A stretch of DNA of 50,286 bases from Candidatus Omnitrophota bacterium (GCA_023135905.1 JAGLSE010000047.1:1-50286), one strand, 5' to 3'; positions 1-8,919 are shown, numbered from the stretch's first letter. Notes: generated from the letters alone by a model not told the origin. Numbers and translations are program-made.

Positions 1-731
1 CCTATTTCTTCTTCATAGCAATGCGTATCCTCCGGTCTTATCCAAGCAGCACGAATAAAATTAGACGGTTCAATAATTCTACTTAAACGACATGACAATC
101 GGTAATAATCAACCAAGAGACTGTTTTCGGCATCCTTAGAAGAATGAGCACTCACATTTGAATGATAAGAATAATTCAAACAATGGGCTAAACAATCTTC
201 ATTTACGATCAACTTGATCTTACATTTTACCTCTTTTTTTATCGCTCTAAGAAGAAAAAAATTGCGGTTAACATCTGTGTCGAAAAGGGTAATCTCATCC
301 ACCCCTAATTCTTCCCATTGTTTGGCTTTTCTTACTGAATTTACTTGAGCCATATTTGAAACAGTGATCTTAAAATTAGGATATGACTTCCTTAAGAGCT
401 CCGCCAAATAGGGAACAGCAATAGTAATATTATCCACTCCGCTTCTGCCAAGCCAGTCAAGGAAATTCCTTATTTTATTCTGACCGGCACGTGTCCATTC
501 TAAATTGCCTAAACAGGAGGCGTTGAGAAGATAATTAAATTCAATACCTAACCTATGAGCTTCTTTGACACAAGCAACTACCTTGTTTTTAGAAACATAA
601 GGATTTGTGCTGGACGGCCTCCCTCCCCCTATAAAATCATGAGTGAGCTTACCGTATATTTCCGCAACCTTTTCTTTATTTATTCTCTCTAATAAATCCT
701 GCTGGCCGTTAAAAGGAACGGATAATTTCAT
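1..731 (-). CDS. Peptidase-U32-family protein, paralog 2 (3' end cut by the window edge)
   Basis: The ATG at 731..729 shares one nucleotide with the TAA stop of the upstream gene (TAATG). My translation reads MKLSVPFNGQQDLLERINKEKVAEIYGKLTHDFIGGGRPSSTNPYVS...NEDCLAHCLNYSYHSNV...VDYYRLSCRLSRIIEPSNFIRAAWIRPEDTH. It is collinear with 731..1939 and visibly very similar at DNA level (e.g. 541-731 vs 1751-1939). It is absent from the ORF track because it runs off the window. Confidence 0.8.
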   Translation of the reverse strand, partial: MKLSVPFNGQQDLLERINKEKVAEIYGKLTHDFIGGGRPSSTNPYVSKNKVVACVKEAHRLGIEFNYLLNASCLGNLEWTRAGQNKIRNFLDWLGRSGVDNITIAVPYLAELLRKSYPNFKITVSNMAQVNSVRKAKQWEELGVDEITLFDTDVNRNFFLLRAIKKEVKCKIKLIVNEDCLAHCLNYSYHSNVSAHSSKDAENSLLVDYYRLSCRLSRIIEPSNFIRAAWIRPEDTHCYEEEI

Positions 732-1939
732 TATTTTCCCTTTTTTCCAATGTTTACTCCTTTTTTACTCTTATAGCTAAATATATCCCCGGAAACCATC
801 CCCGCCAGGAAATCACGATGCAACTGAGACATTCTCTTCTGAGACGCTAAATTTATTCTTACTGACCTCCTTGCAACATCCTCACAATAACCGCATTCTC
901 CACAGGATTTCAATTCGCAGTTATCCTTTAAGAAAAATTCAATAAATCCGTCTAAAGCGCGATTATCTATATAAACATCAAAATCATCTGTAACATTTCT
1001 TATCTTATAAAGTTTAAATATGTTTATATAAAACGGCCTAAAAAAATATCTTAATTTATTTATAAAACCGGTATTTTTCCCCACTAAATTAGTTGAAGGC
1101 TTTGGTGATAGATCTAATAAATTCCCGTCATATCGGCAATCCTGATAAGCCTTAATTACGCGGATAAGCGCCTCAGTAGTCATACCGCGATCAATCAATT
1201 TTAACCTGTCTACTCCAATCGCCTTGTAATAATGTGTGTCCTCCGGCCTTATCCAAGCCGCGCGAATGAAATTAACAGGTTCCAAAATTCTTCTCAAACG
1301 GCAAGATACCCTGCAATAATTAATATAATAATTGCCCAGCACGTTCTGAGAAGCATGAGCGGTTACGTTCGCATGGTAAAAATACCTAAGACAATGAAAT
1401 AAGCAGTCTTCATTCGCGATTACCTTAATTCTACATTTTACTTCTTTTCTTATTATTCTAAGAAGAGGGAAATTACGATTACTACCTATATCACAAAGAA
1501 CAATCTCATCTACCCCTAACTCTTCCCACATCTTAGCCCGTTTTAAAGAATTTATCTGGGCTATAGCAGAAGTGGTTATTTTAAAAGAATAACATTTTTT
1601 TATAATTTTAGCTAAATAAGGCGAAGCTACTGTAATAGTATCTACCTCTATTTTAGTGAGCCAATCAAGAAGCTTTCTTATCTTTTTTTGGCCTGAACGT
1701 GTCCATTCTCTATTTCCTAAACAAGAAGCGTTAAGAAGATAATTAAATTCAATCCCTAACCTATGAGTTTCTTTAACACAAGCAGCTATTTTGTTTATAG
1801 AAATATAAGGATTTGTGCTGGACGGCCTTCCCCCTCCTATAAAATCATTAGTGAGTTTGCCGTATATTTCCGCAACCTTTTCTTTATCAATTTTTTCTAA
1901 TAAATCCGGCTGACCATTAAAGGGAATGGATAATTTCAT
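731..1939 (-). CDS. Peptidase-U32-family protein (UbiU/UbiV/RlhA-type fold), probable Fe-S protein
   Basis: 402-aa ORF. The N-terminus MKLSIPFNGQPDLLEKI..VAEIYGKL..FIGGGRPSS and the TIM-barrel-like pattern are typical of U32 proteins. A Cys cluster is present: NEDCLFHCLRY...NYCRVSCRL (CX3C...CX3C). Confidence 0.75.
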   Translation of the reverse strand: MKLSIPFNGQPDLLEKIDKEKVAEIYGKLTNDFIGGGRPSSTNPYISINKIAACVKETHRLGIEFNYLLNASCLGNREWTRSGQKKIRKLLDWLTKIEVDTITVASPYLAKIIKKCYSFKITTSAIAQINSLKRAKMWEELGVDEIVLCDIGSNRNFPLLRIIRKEVKCRIKVIANEDCLFHCLRYFYHANVTAHASQNVLGNYYINYCRVSCRLRRILEPVNFIRAAWIRPEDTHYYKAIGVDRLKLIDRGMTTEALIRVIKAYQDCRYDGNLLDLSPKPSTNLVGKNTGFINKLRYFFRPFYINIFKLYKIRNVTDDFDVYIDNRALDGFIEFFLKDNCELKSCGECGYCEDVARRSVRINLASQKRMSQLHRDFLAGMVSGDIFSYKSKKGVNIGKKGK

Positions 1940-1961
1940 ATTTGACCTTATTACTCATATA

Positions 1962-3371
1962 CTATAAATTGTTAACTCGTTTAAGTAAAAGCATAGCTAA
2001 CTTTGCCTGCATAACTAATTGTTTTAAAGATGTAGCTTTATGAAGCTTATTTAATATATAGCTTGGTCTAAAATAAAACTTTTTATATGCTTTTTCAAGG
2101 TATTTATTTAAAAAATCTTCATCTAAAAGCGTAGATAAATTATGTATTCGATTATACCACCGCTGAAATAAAAATGTATTTATTTTTTGAGGAAGACCGC
2201 ATTGCTCATAAAATTTAGTAGAAGGTAGTGGGGTAGCTATCAGAAATTCAGCGTAATCAAGATTAAGTTTAACAGCAAAAGCTATCGTTTGATTAATGGT
2301 TATCTCATCGTCACCCCACATTCCTAACATAAAAGATCCGGAAGATTCAATCCCTGCCGCTTTAGTTAACCGAGCGGCTTCTATAGATTCTTCCAAAGTA
2401 GTTCCTTTATTATTTAAATCCAACACCTCTTGAGAACCGCTCTCAAAGCCATAATTTATCTGATAACAACCTGCTTTTTTCATTACTAACAACAATTTTT
2501 TATTTACATTCTTAACCCCGGAAAAACATCTCCAACTTATCCGATAATTTCTACGGATAATTTCATCGCAAAGTTTTAAAATTCTTTCTTGTTCAAAAGT
2601 TAATGCCTGATCCCGAAAAATTATTGAATATATTTTAAATTTATTAATAATTTCATCAATTTCCTGCAGCACACTATCTACAGAACGGTATCTAACCTCG
2701 TTCATATACCATATATTCGTCGGACAAAAATCACATTTACTATGAGGACAACCTCTGCTAGTAGCAATAGTTGTAAAAGGATTGATTTTAACATAAGGAG
2801 CGATATACTTTTCATTTGGTAACAAATCTCGAGCTGGAAAAGGAAGCCAATCTAAATCGTTTATTAATTTACGCTTTTTAAGGACTATTTTTCCATTTAA
2901 CTCACATGCAATATTCTCATTAATTTCGCCGTTAACTATATCCAAAAACGGCTTTTCCGGCTCGCCCAAAATAACATAATCAACACACCCGGTGGATAAC
3001 GCAATTTTTGGATCAGCAGTAACATTCGACCCGGCAAATACTATTTTGGAACAAGGCAATTTAGTCTTTAACTTCTCAGCTAACTTCAAATCTGATTGAA
3101 TGCTTCCCCACGCAGTAATTATTCCGATAAAATCTGGATGAGCTCCAATAATCATTTTTATAGTTTCGGAATTGGAAATATGCAAAGTACCTGAATCCAA
3201 AAGGGTAACCGCAATATTATTTTTTCGTAAAACAGCAGCTATATAAGCTAAATCTAAAGGAGGATAAACCATAGAAGTAGGTATTTCCCCACCAGAATAA
3301 TCACGCAAATAATGAATATGCTCTTTACCCTCTAACTCTACCAAAGGATTAATTAAAAAAACTTTTTTCAT
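1962..3371 (-). CDS. B12-binding-domain radical SAM protein (class B-like) with atypical CX4CX2C cluster motif
   Basis: 469 aa. The N-terminal cobalamin-domain pattern is PPLDLAYIAAVLRKNNIAV..DSG, PDFIGIIT, IVFAGSNVTADP, VDYVILGEPE. The radical SAM core is ATSRGCPHSKCDFCPT (4 residues between Cys1 and Cys2, checked in DNA at 2724-2750). A YGFESGS motif follows. Confidence 0.85.
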   Translation of the reverse strand: MKKVFLINPLVELEGKEHIHYLRDYSGGEIPTSMVYPPLDLAYIAAVLRKNNIAVTLLDSGTLHISNSETIKMIIGAHPDFIGIITAWGSIQSDLKLAEKLKTKLPCSKIVFAGSNVTADPKIALSTGCVDYVILGEPEKPFLDIVNGEINENIACELNGKIVLKKRKLINDLDWLPFPARDLLPNEKYIAPYVKINPFTTIATSRGCPHSKCDFCPTNIWYMNEVRYRSVDSVLQEIDEIINKFKIYSIIFRDQALTFEQERILKLCDEIIRRNYRISWRCFSGVKNVNKKLLLVMKKAGCYQINYGFESGSQEVLDLNNKGTTLEESIEAARLTKAAGIESSGSFMLGMWGDDEITINQTIAFAVKLNLDYAEFLIATPLPSTKFYEQCGLPQKINTFLFQRWYNRIHNLSTLLDEDFLNKYLEKAYKKFYFRPSYILNKLHKATSLKQLVMQAKLAMLLLKRVNNL

Positions 3372-3502
3372 ATCATATTTATATTATAAACACACTACCT
3401 CGCAACAGATGCCCTCCGTCTTACTACATCCTAAAAAATATATAAGAATCAATACCCTTTAAATCTAATTTCCTTTAGCCTAAGTTTTATTGTGATTTTC
3501 TA

Positions 3503-4927
3503 TTAATTTTTAGGCTGTGATAATAATGAAATAACACCAATAATATGGTCTTTTAGTTGAATCCATGTTCTTATAGCCCTAAATTTTCTTAAAATATATG
3601 CAAACCTAAAATAAAACTCTTTTCTAGCCCGTACAAAAAATTTTATCAACTCTTCTTTGTCTAATCCCTCAGGAATATACATAATATTATTATTGTTAAC
3701 AACACTAAGCCTTTTGTTAAAATCAAAATAGTACCCTTTCTTTGTGAGCATTTTAGAAATCTCACTTCCTGGATAAGGTATAAATTTAATAAAAAGGGCG
3801 TAATCAATATCAGATTTCTTTGCGAAATCCAATGTTTTTTGTAAACTGTTTTTTGACTCCCAAGGAGTTCCTACTACAAAATGCCCTCTTACACTTAAAC
3901 CCGCTTTCTTGGCTGATTTTACCGCCCTCTCATTTTGAGCTAAAGTGATACCACTTTTGAGAAATTTAAGTACATTTTCATCGCCTGATTCTAAACCATA
4001 TGAGACTTCCCAACACCCAGCTTTTTTCATCCTTTTTAGTAATTCATAAGACACAGTATTAACTGAAGCGAAACAGACCCAGGAAAATTTAATATTACGC
4101 TCTTGAATTTTGTCACATATTTCAAAAACCAATTCTTTGTTCCAAGTAAAATTATCATCAAAGAACTTAATCTCTTTAGCCCCAAATTTATCTATCAATA
4201 GTTCAATCTCCTCTAAAATGTTATCTGCACTTCTTGTCCTGTAAGTTGAACCAAATACTGATTGATCGCAAAAACTACATTTCATAAGGCATCCCCTAGT
4301 ACTTATTATATGGGCTAATGGTAGTCTTCTGTAAGACCCAATGGTAGAAAAATATTTAGACAAAGGCGGCAACAAATGTCGTGCCGGGAATGGTATATCA
4401 TCTAAATTATTTATAAGGTCACGTTTCTTATTAGTCATTATTTTATTATTTTTTCTATAAACGATACCAGAAATATCTTCGAAACAATCTGCGCCTGATG
4501 TCTCAATCCGCTTAACTAACTCTAAAAAAGTTAATTCTCCTTCTCCAATTACTCCTATATCAAAACAATCAAACAACATAACCTCTGACGGAAGCGCCGT
4601 AACATGAGGACCGCCAATAATAATGTTCGCTTTAGGCAAAAGACTTCTTATATCTTCAGCTATTTTCTTCGCACTATAAAAGCCCAAACTTGTCGCTGTA
4701 ATTCCTACAATATTTGGTCTTTTAATTTTTAGGTATTCTATTAACTTGAGGTGCAACATTTCTATTGCGCAGTCAAATATTTTAACCTTATAGTTATTTT
4801 TTTCTAAGGTAGCAGCAATATACGCTATTCCTAAAGGCGCTGCAATATTTAATATAGTCCTTCTGTGTTCCTGCCTCGAGATAGAATGACCTAGTTGTAT
4901 CGGTGGATTTATTAAAACTATATTCAT
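3503..4927 (-). CDS. B12-binding-domain radical SAM protein
   Basis: The ORF is open to 4957 (TTG), but the first ATG at 4927 gives MNIVLINPP, the same N-terminal type as the paralogs. Motifs are PLGIAYIAATLEKNNYKVKIFD, IIIGGPHVTALP, GVIGEGELTFLEL, STRGCLMKCSFCDQ and YGLESGD. Its closest in-window paralog is 37743..39158. Confidence 0.85.
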   Translation of the reverse strand: MNIVLINPPIQLGHSISRQEHRRTILNIAAPLGIAYIAATLEKNNYKVKIFDCAIEMLHLKLIEYLKIKRPNIVGITATSLGFYSAKKIAEDIRSLLPKANIIIGGPHVTALPSEVMLFDCFDIGVIGEGELTFLELVKRIETSGADCFEDISGIVYRKNNKIMTNKKRDLINNLDDIPFPARHLLPPLSKYFSTIGSYRRLPLAHIISTRGCLMKCSFCDQSVFGSTYRTRSADNILEEIELLIDKFGAKEIKFFDDNFTWNKELVFEICDKIQERNIKFSWVCFASVNTVSYELLKRMKKAGCWEVSYGLESGDENVLKFLKSGITLAQNERAVKSAKKAGLSVRGHFVVGTPWESKNSLQKTLDFAKKSDIDYALFIKFIPYPGSEISKMLTKKGYYFDFNKRLSVVNNNNIMYIPEGLDKEELIKFFVRARKEFYFRFAYILRKFRAIRTWIQLKDHIIGVISLLSQPKN

Positions 4928-5106
4928 AATGTTTTTATCTTTATTATAAAAAAACAATGTCTAATTTAAATAAGTCTTATACAAAGCTTAACTCTTTAAC
5001 CCAAAAATATTTCGAAAAAACAAAAATTAAAACAAAAAAATCAAGAACTACAAAAAACATCGTAAATATAACTATTAATCTTAAAAAATATACGCCATTT
5101 AATATC

Positions 5107-5261
5107 GCGCCATGTTGGGACTGTTGTGAAATGCAACAATCCCTGATTACACAAATTAATCCCTGATTACAAAGATTGAAAACATTAACTTTTTCATCGG
5201 TGTAATCATTTTTTAATCGCTGAAATCAGGCGCTGTTGCTATTATGCAACAGCGCCATGTT
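5107..5261. repeat. Dyad-symmetric intergenic element with four CCTGATTWCA boxes, two hairpins and flanking 10-bp direct repeats
   Basis: GCGCCATGTT occurs at 5107-5116 and again at 5252-5261. AATCCCTGATTACA occurs at 5138-5151 and 5158-5171 (20-bp spacing). Inverted copies are TGTAATCA at 5201-5208 and TGAAATCAGG at 5221-5230 (20-bp spacing), and all four boxes are symmetric about ~5186. There is a perfect 11-bp stem hairpin at 5229-5256 (GGCGCTGTTGC-TATTAT-GCAACAGCGCC) and a related 5-bp stem at 5122-5138. Confidence 0.6.
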
Positions 5262-5685
5262 CTATCGGCCATAATTAATTTTCTGATTTATACTTAGTTA
5301 CAAAATCATTATAGCCCAAATTATTGCAAACTTTTAAAATAATATATAGCCTAATTTTAATTAATTTAGACTAGCTTGTTCAACCGATAGAATAATTAAT
5401 TATTTAACAATCATTTTCTCTCTAATCCAAAAATATCACATCATAAAATGTTAGTTAACTCATTAAAATCGAAACCAGCGGGTTACAAAACTGATATCTG
5501 TCTTATTTTAAAGTAACTCATTTCTCTATCTAGGAAATATTACTAGTTCTTAATTTATAGAGAAAAAATAAACTAACTATGCCAACTGCACTATACAAAG
5601 GAGTTCCGAATAAATAATCCTTATCCTCCAAATAAACCCATCCTAAAAGAACATATAATAAAAGCCACAATCAATCGACCATCCA

Positions 5686-7194
5686 TCAGCTTTTCAAACT
5701 CCTGCCATCTACATCGTCCTTTTTTAAATTGTTACCATTGACTGAAGGACTTGATAATTGTCTTATTAAATAAGATTGTAAAATCAAACCAAATGCGATT
5801 ATTAAATTCTTTAGAAATACGCCCTTATGAGGAAATTTTAATATTCCCCGACATATTCTCCTCAAATTTAAGTAAAATTTCTGTTGAGCTTTTAATATGA
5901 CATTATTTAATTCTAAAACAGAGGATTGAGAATGAGACCTTTCCCGGGAATAATAAGAAATGTCCTCAAAGCTATAAGGATATGGTTTATTCTCTGCTTT
6001 TGGTTGTAATTTTGCTTTATAAAATTTAACAATATCATCAAGAAGAGTTACTTTAAAAAAAGAAGCAATATCTAAATCAGAATTAACAGCAAAGTCTATC
6101 GTTTGTGTCATTTCATCGTAAGTTTCAGTAGGAAAACCTAGCATAAAATATCCCCCCACTATGATACCTGTCTCTGAAGTCTCTCTGATAATATTTCTTA
6201 CCTGGTTGAGATTTAAATTTTTCTTTATCATTTTCTGTAAACGCGGAGTAGCTGTCTCTATGCCATAAGTTAATTTATAAGCTCCTGCCTCTCTCAATAA
6301 GATGATTAACTCCTTAGTCATAATGTCAGCGCGGACACCATGAGGAAAGGCAAGGCTGATTTTCATACCAGAATTAATAATCAAACTGCAAATTTTTTTT
6401 GCTCTTTCAATGTCATAATTAAAAACAGCGTCAAAAAAATGAATTTCCCTAACATTATACTTTTCATATAAAAATTTGATTTCAGAAAGAACATTTTCGG
6501 GTGAACGTGCTCTGAATTTTTTACCGGCAACCTCCCTAGTACAACAAAAAGTGCAATCAAAGGGGCATCCCCGTGAAGTAAGGATAGGGATATAAAACTT
6601 TTCTTTAAGGCTTCCGTTCCAGCTCAAAGACTTCGCATAGGCTTTAACATCCACCAAATCCCATGCGGTTGAAGATATGATAATATCGTCTAAATTCTCA
6701 ATATACAGACGAGGATTAGTTAAAATAGTTTTCTCCTCCAACCTATATATAATTCCATCAACTCTTGAAAAGTCACCTTTTTTATCTAAATTATCCAAAA
6801 GTTCACATATAGTAATTTCTCCTTCTCCAACTATCACAAAATCAATATTTTCGTCTTGCAATAAATACTCTTTTGCTAAATTAGCAATCTGACCATGGAC
6901 CAAAACTGTTGTATTTTTATTAATCTTTTTGGAAATATCAGTTATTTTGTGCATGGAATGAGCCTCCCAAACCAAACTGCTAAGGCAAATGATCTGCGGA
7001 TCGAAACCAGCAATTTCCCCCTTGATCTCTTTAAAAGAAAGAGCCCCTACACCAATATCTAAAATTTTAAGCTCATATTCATTTTTAAAATTATTCATTA
7101 TCATTGAGGCAATATAGAGCAATTCCAACGGAGGACGTGGACCGCCTGTCCCTACTGCACAATGTGTCCTAACTAGCAAAATTCTTTTCTTCAT
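5686..7194 (-). CDS. B12-binding-domain radical SAM protein
   Basis: The ORF is open to 7215 (TTG). The ATG at 7194 (MKKRILLVRT) is preceded by AGGAA. Motifs are PPLELLYIASMI, PQIICLSS, GEGEITICELL, TSRGCPFDCTFCCT and YGIETAT. Confidence 0.85.
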   Translation of the reverse strand: MKKRILLVRTHCAVGTGGPRPPLELLYIASMIMNNFKNEYELKILDIGVGALSFKEIKGEIAGFDPQIICLSSLVWEAHSMHKITDISKKINKNTTVLVHGQIANLAKEYLLQDENIDFVIVGEGEITICELLDNLDKKGDFSRVDGIIYRLEEKTILTNPRLYIENLDDIIISSTAWDLVDVKAYAKSLSWNGSLKEKFYIPILTSRGCPFDCTFCCTREVAGKKFRARSPENVLSEIKFLYEKYNVREIHFFDAVFNYDIERAKKICSLIINSGMKISLAFPHGVRADIMTKELIILLREAGAYKLTYGIETATPRLQKMIKKNLNLNQVRNIIRETSETGIIVGGYFMLGFPTETYDEMTQTIDFAVNSDLDIASFFKVTLLDDIVKFYKAKLQPKAENKPYPYSFEDISYYSRERSHSQSSVLELNNVILKAQQKFYLNLRRICRGILKFPHKGVFLKNLIIAFGLILQSYLIRQLSSPSVNGNNLKKDDVDGRSLKS

Positions 7195-7711
7195 TTTTCT
7201 TGTTCCTGTAACCAAAAATAAAATATCAAAAAAAATATATGTTATAACTAAGGGGATAAATTTTAAAGTTTAAAAAAAATATTAAAAATATCTACTTATT
7301 TTTTAAATATCTTAACAAAAATTTATCCTCTTCTATTGTATTAGAAAAACAAACCGGCGCCCTTAGCACAGCAAAAATTCCAAAAACATAACAACAGACA
7401 CCACTACACACCATTTTATATTATTTGTCTTATTTAAAAGAATAGCCAATTCAACGGAATCAATGGCTATTTCCATTATATATTTAATTGCCGCCCATAT
7501 TGGCTCCGGCATATTTATGCAAACCAGATTCCAATTTAAAAGGTATTTTTAAAAGCATGAAAGAATCACAACCAGTAGCTTCTACTGCTTTTCCTCCCAG
7601 AAAAAATACTACCTACAATAATTACCGGCATAAATAAAGTCATCACCCCAAGAACAGTGTTTTTTCATTATTAAAACGAAATCCGCAACATCGGGTATTT
7701 TTATCCATATA

Positions 7712-8563
7712 TCAACCTTCTATCAATTTACCCATCCTGCTCTTTTTCCCTTTTTCAATATAGTCATTTAAAAGCTCAGCAAAAAAATCAATTTTTTCTC
7801 TATAAAATTCAATGGTTGTTTCCTTATACTGCTGGTAACTATGGTTGTAAAGATAATACCATCGGACAAAAATATTGAATAGGATAAATTGAAAACAACG
7901 GGATTGCATTCGGCGATCCAATTCCGTACCCTTAACATTCCCCGAAGGCATGAGCCCCATCTTAAATAACTCATTGTTTGTTGTTCTCTTTTTCTCTTCA
8001 ATTACGGACTTATCTTTATCTACATCAGAAAAAATTTTTTCAAAATGCAATCTATCGACAAACCCAGTATCCTGATCCCCATCAAAATCAAAAACGGGAT
8101 TTATATATTTAATACCAAAATTTAAATACATATCTGTAATCTCTTTTATAATTTCTTTCATCTGAGCGGGGAAAATATCCATGCCTTTGTTTGCACCATC
8201 ACAAACGTTATAAATCTTGTTGTCCAAACAAAATACAACTGTTCGAATATGCATGGCTAATTTACATAACCCGCATATCGAAAGCAAGAAAAATCGGTAC
8301 TTTATAAAATTTAGAAGATAACGCTCATAAAAAACATATTTCGATAATTTATTAATTTTTATTATCCTATGGGTAAACTTTTTCTCTCCGAATTTATTTT
8401 TTAATTTTTTAACATTTACCTTCGAATTAATTATTGAAAACAACCCCAAACGATCATACGTGATTAAATGGACCCTCCTAAACTTCTCAGCCATAAGGAC
8501 AGCTGTAAGAGTAGAATCCGTCCCGCCGGAATAAAGTAATACAATTTCATCATTATTGTCCAT
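7712..8563 (-). CDS. PP-loop (adenine nucleotide alpha-hydrolase superfamily) ATPase
   Basis: 283 aa. The N-terminal IVLLYSGGTDSTLTA is the SGGxDS PP-loop signature. An internal CGLCK motif is present. The start overlaps the upstream small ORF by 11 nt. Confidence 0.7.
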   Translation of the reverse strand: MDNNDEIVLLYSGGTDSTLTAVLMAEKFRRVHLITYDRLGLFSIINSKVNVKKLKNKFGEKKFTHRIIKINKLSKYVFYERYLLNFIKYRFFLLSICGLCKLAMHIRTVVFCLDNKIYNVCDGANKGMDIFPAQMKEIIKEITDMYLNFGIKYINPVFDFDGDQDTGFVDRLHFEKIFSDVDKDKSVIEEKKRTTNNELFKMGLMPSGNVKGTELDRRMQSRCFQFILFNIFVRWYYLYNHSYQQYKETTIEFYREKIDFFAELLNDYIEKGKKSRMGKLIEG

Positions 8564-8849
8564 TCTTATTTTTTTTAAATTTTGCTTTTTCTAATTCATT
8601 AATGATAAATTTCAGGATAAAAAAATAACTAAAATAAAAAAATTGTGTTATCCAGCCAAGCACCTCGATATAAAGACACCGCAATCGCCACGGTAAAAGT
8701 ACGCCAATGCTACAAATAATAAACGCTATTAATTTTCTGATCATTATTAAAAGAGAGCATAAATTGCTGGAAGAATAGATTGATTCCCGCTTAGACTGAT
8801 AAATATACTTAAAAAAGCAAGTATGATAAGAAAAGGCAATAACCACCAT
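8553..8849 (-). CDS. Small hydrophobic protein (uncertain; real start possibly M36 at 8744)
   Basis: 98-aa ORF with two hydrophobic segments (LIAFIICSIGVLLPW, ITQFFYFSYFFILKFII). Its 3' end overlaps the PP-loop gene start, which suggests coupling. I recognise no family. Confidence 0.35.
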   Translation of the reverse strand: MVVIAFSYHTCFFKYIYQSKRESIYSSSNLCSLLIMIRKLIAFIICSIGVLLPWRLRCLYIEVLGWITQFFYFSYFFILKFIINELEKAKFKKNKNGQ

Positions 8850-8919
8850 TTTTTATTTATCTTTATTAAGAGAAATAAATCAATTAATAACTCCATAGTG
8901 GATTTAAAACGGGATTTCT

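Noticed and set aside
4957-5166. A plus-strand 69-aa ORF (MSNLNKSYTKLNS...APCWDCCEMQQSLITQINP) that could be imagined as a Cys-containing RiPP precursor next to radical SAM genes.
   Set aside because: It is on the opposite strand to the whole operon and has a Lys/Asn/Thr low-complexity body typical of A-rich non-coding DNA. It has no Shine-Dalgarno sequence, and its Cys-containing tail is simply the translation of the palindromic element at 5107-5171. I treat the region as regulatory or repeat DNA instead.
5100-5270. A possible cobalamin riboswitch, expected near B12-dependent genes, in the GC-rich hairpin region.
   Set aside because: I could not find the conserved B12-box core (…GCCACTG…) or the usual multi-stem arrangement on either strand. 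The region is better described as a dyad-symmetric repeat. An Rfam scan would settle it.
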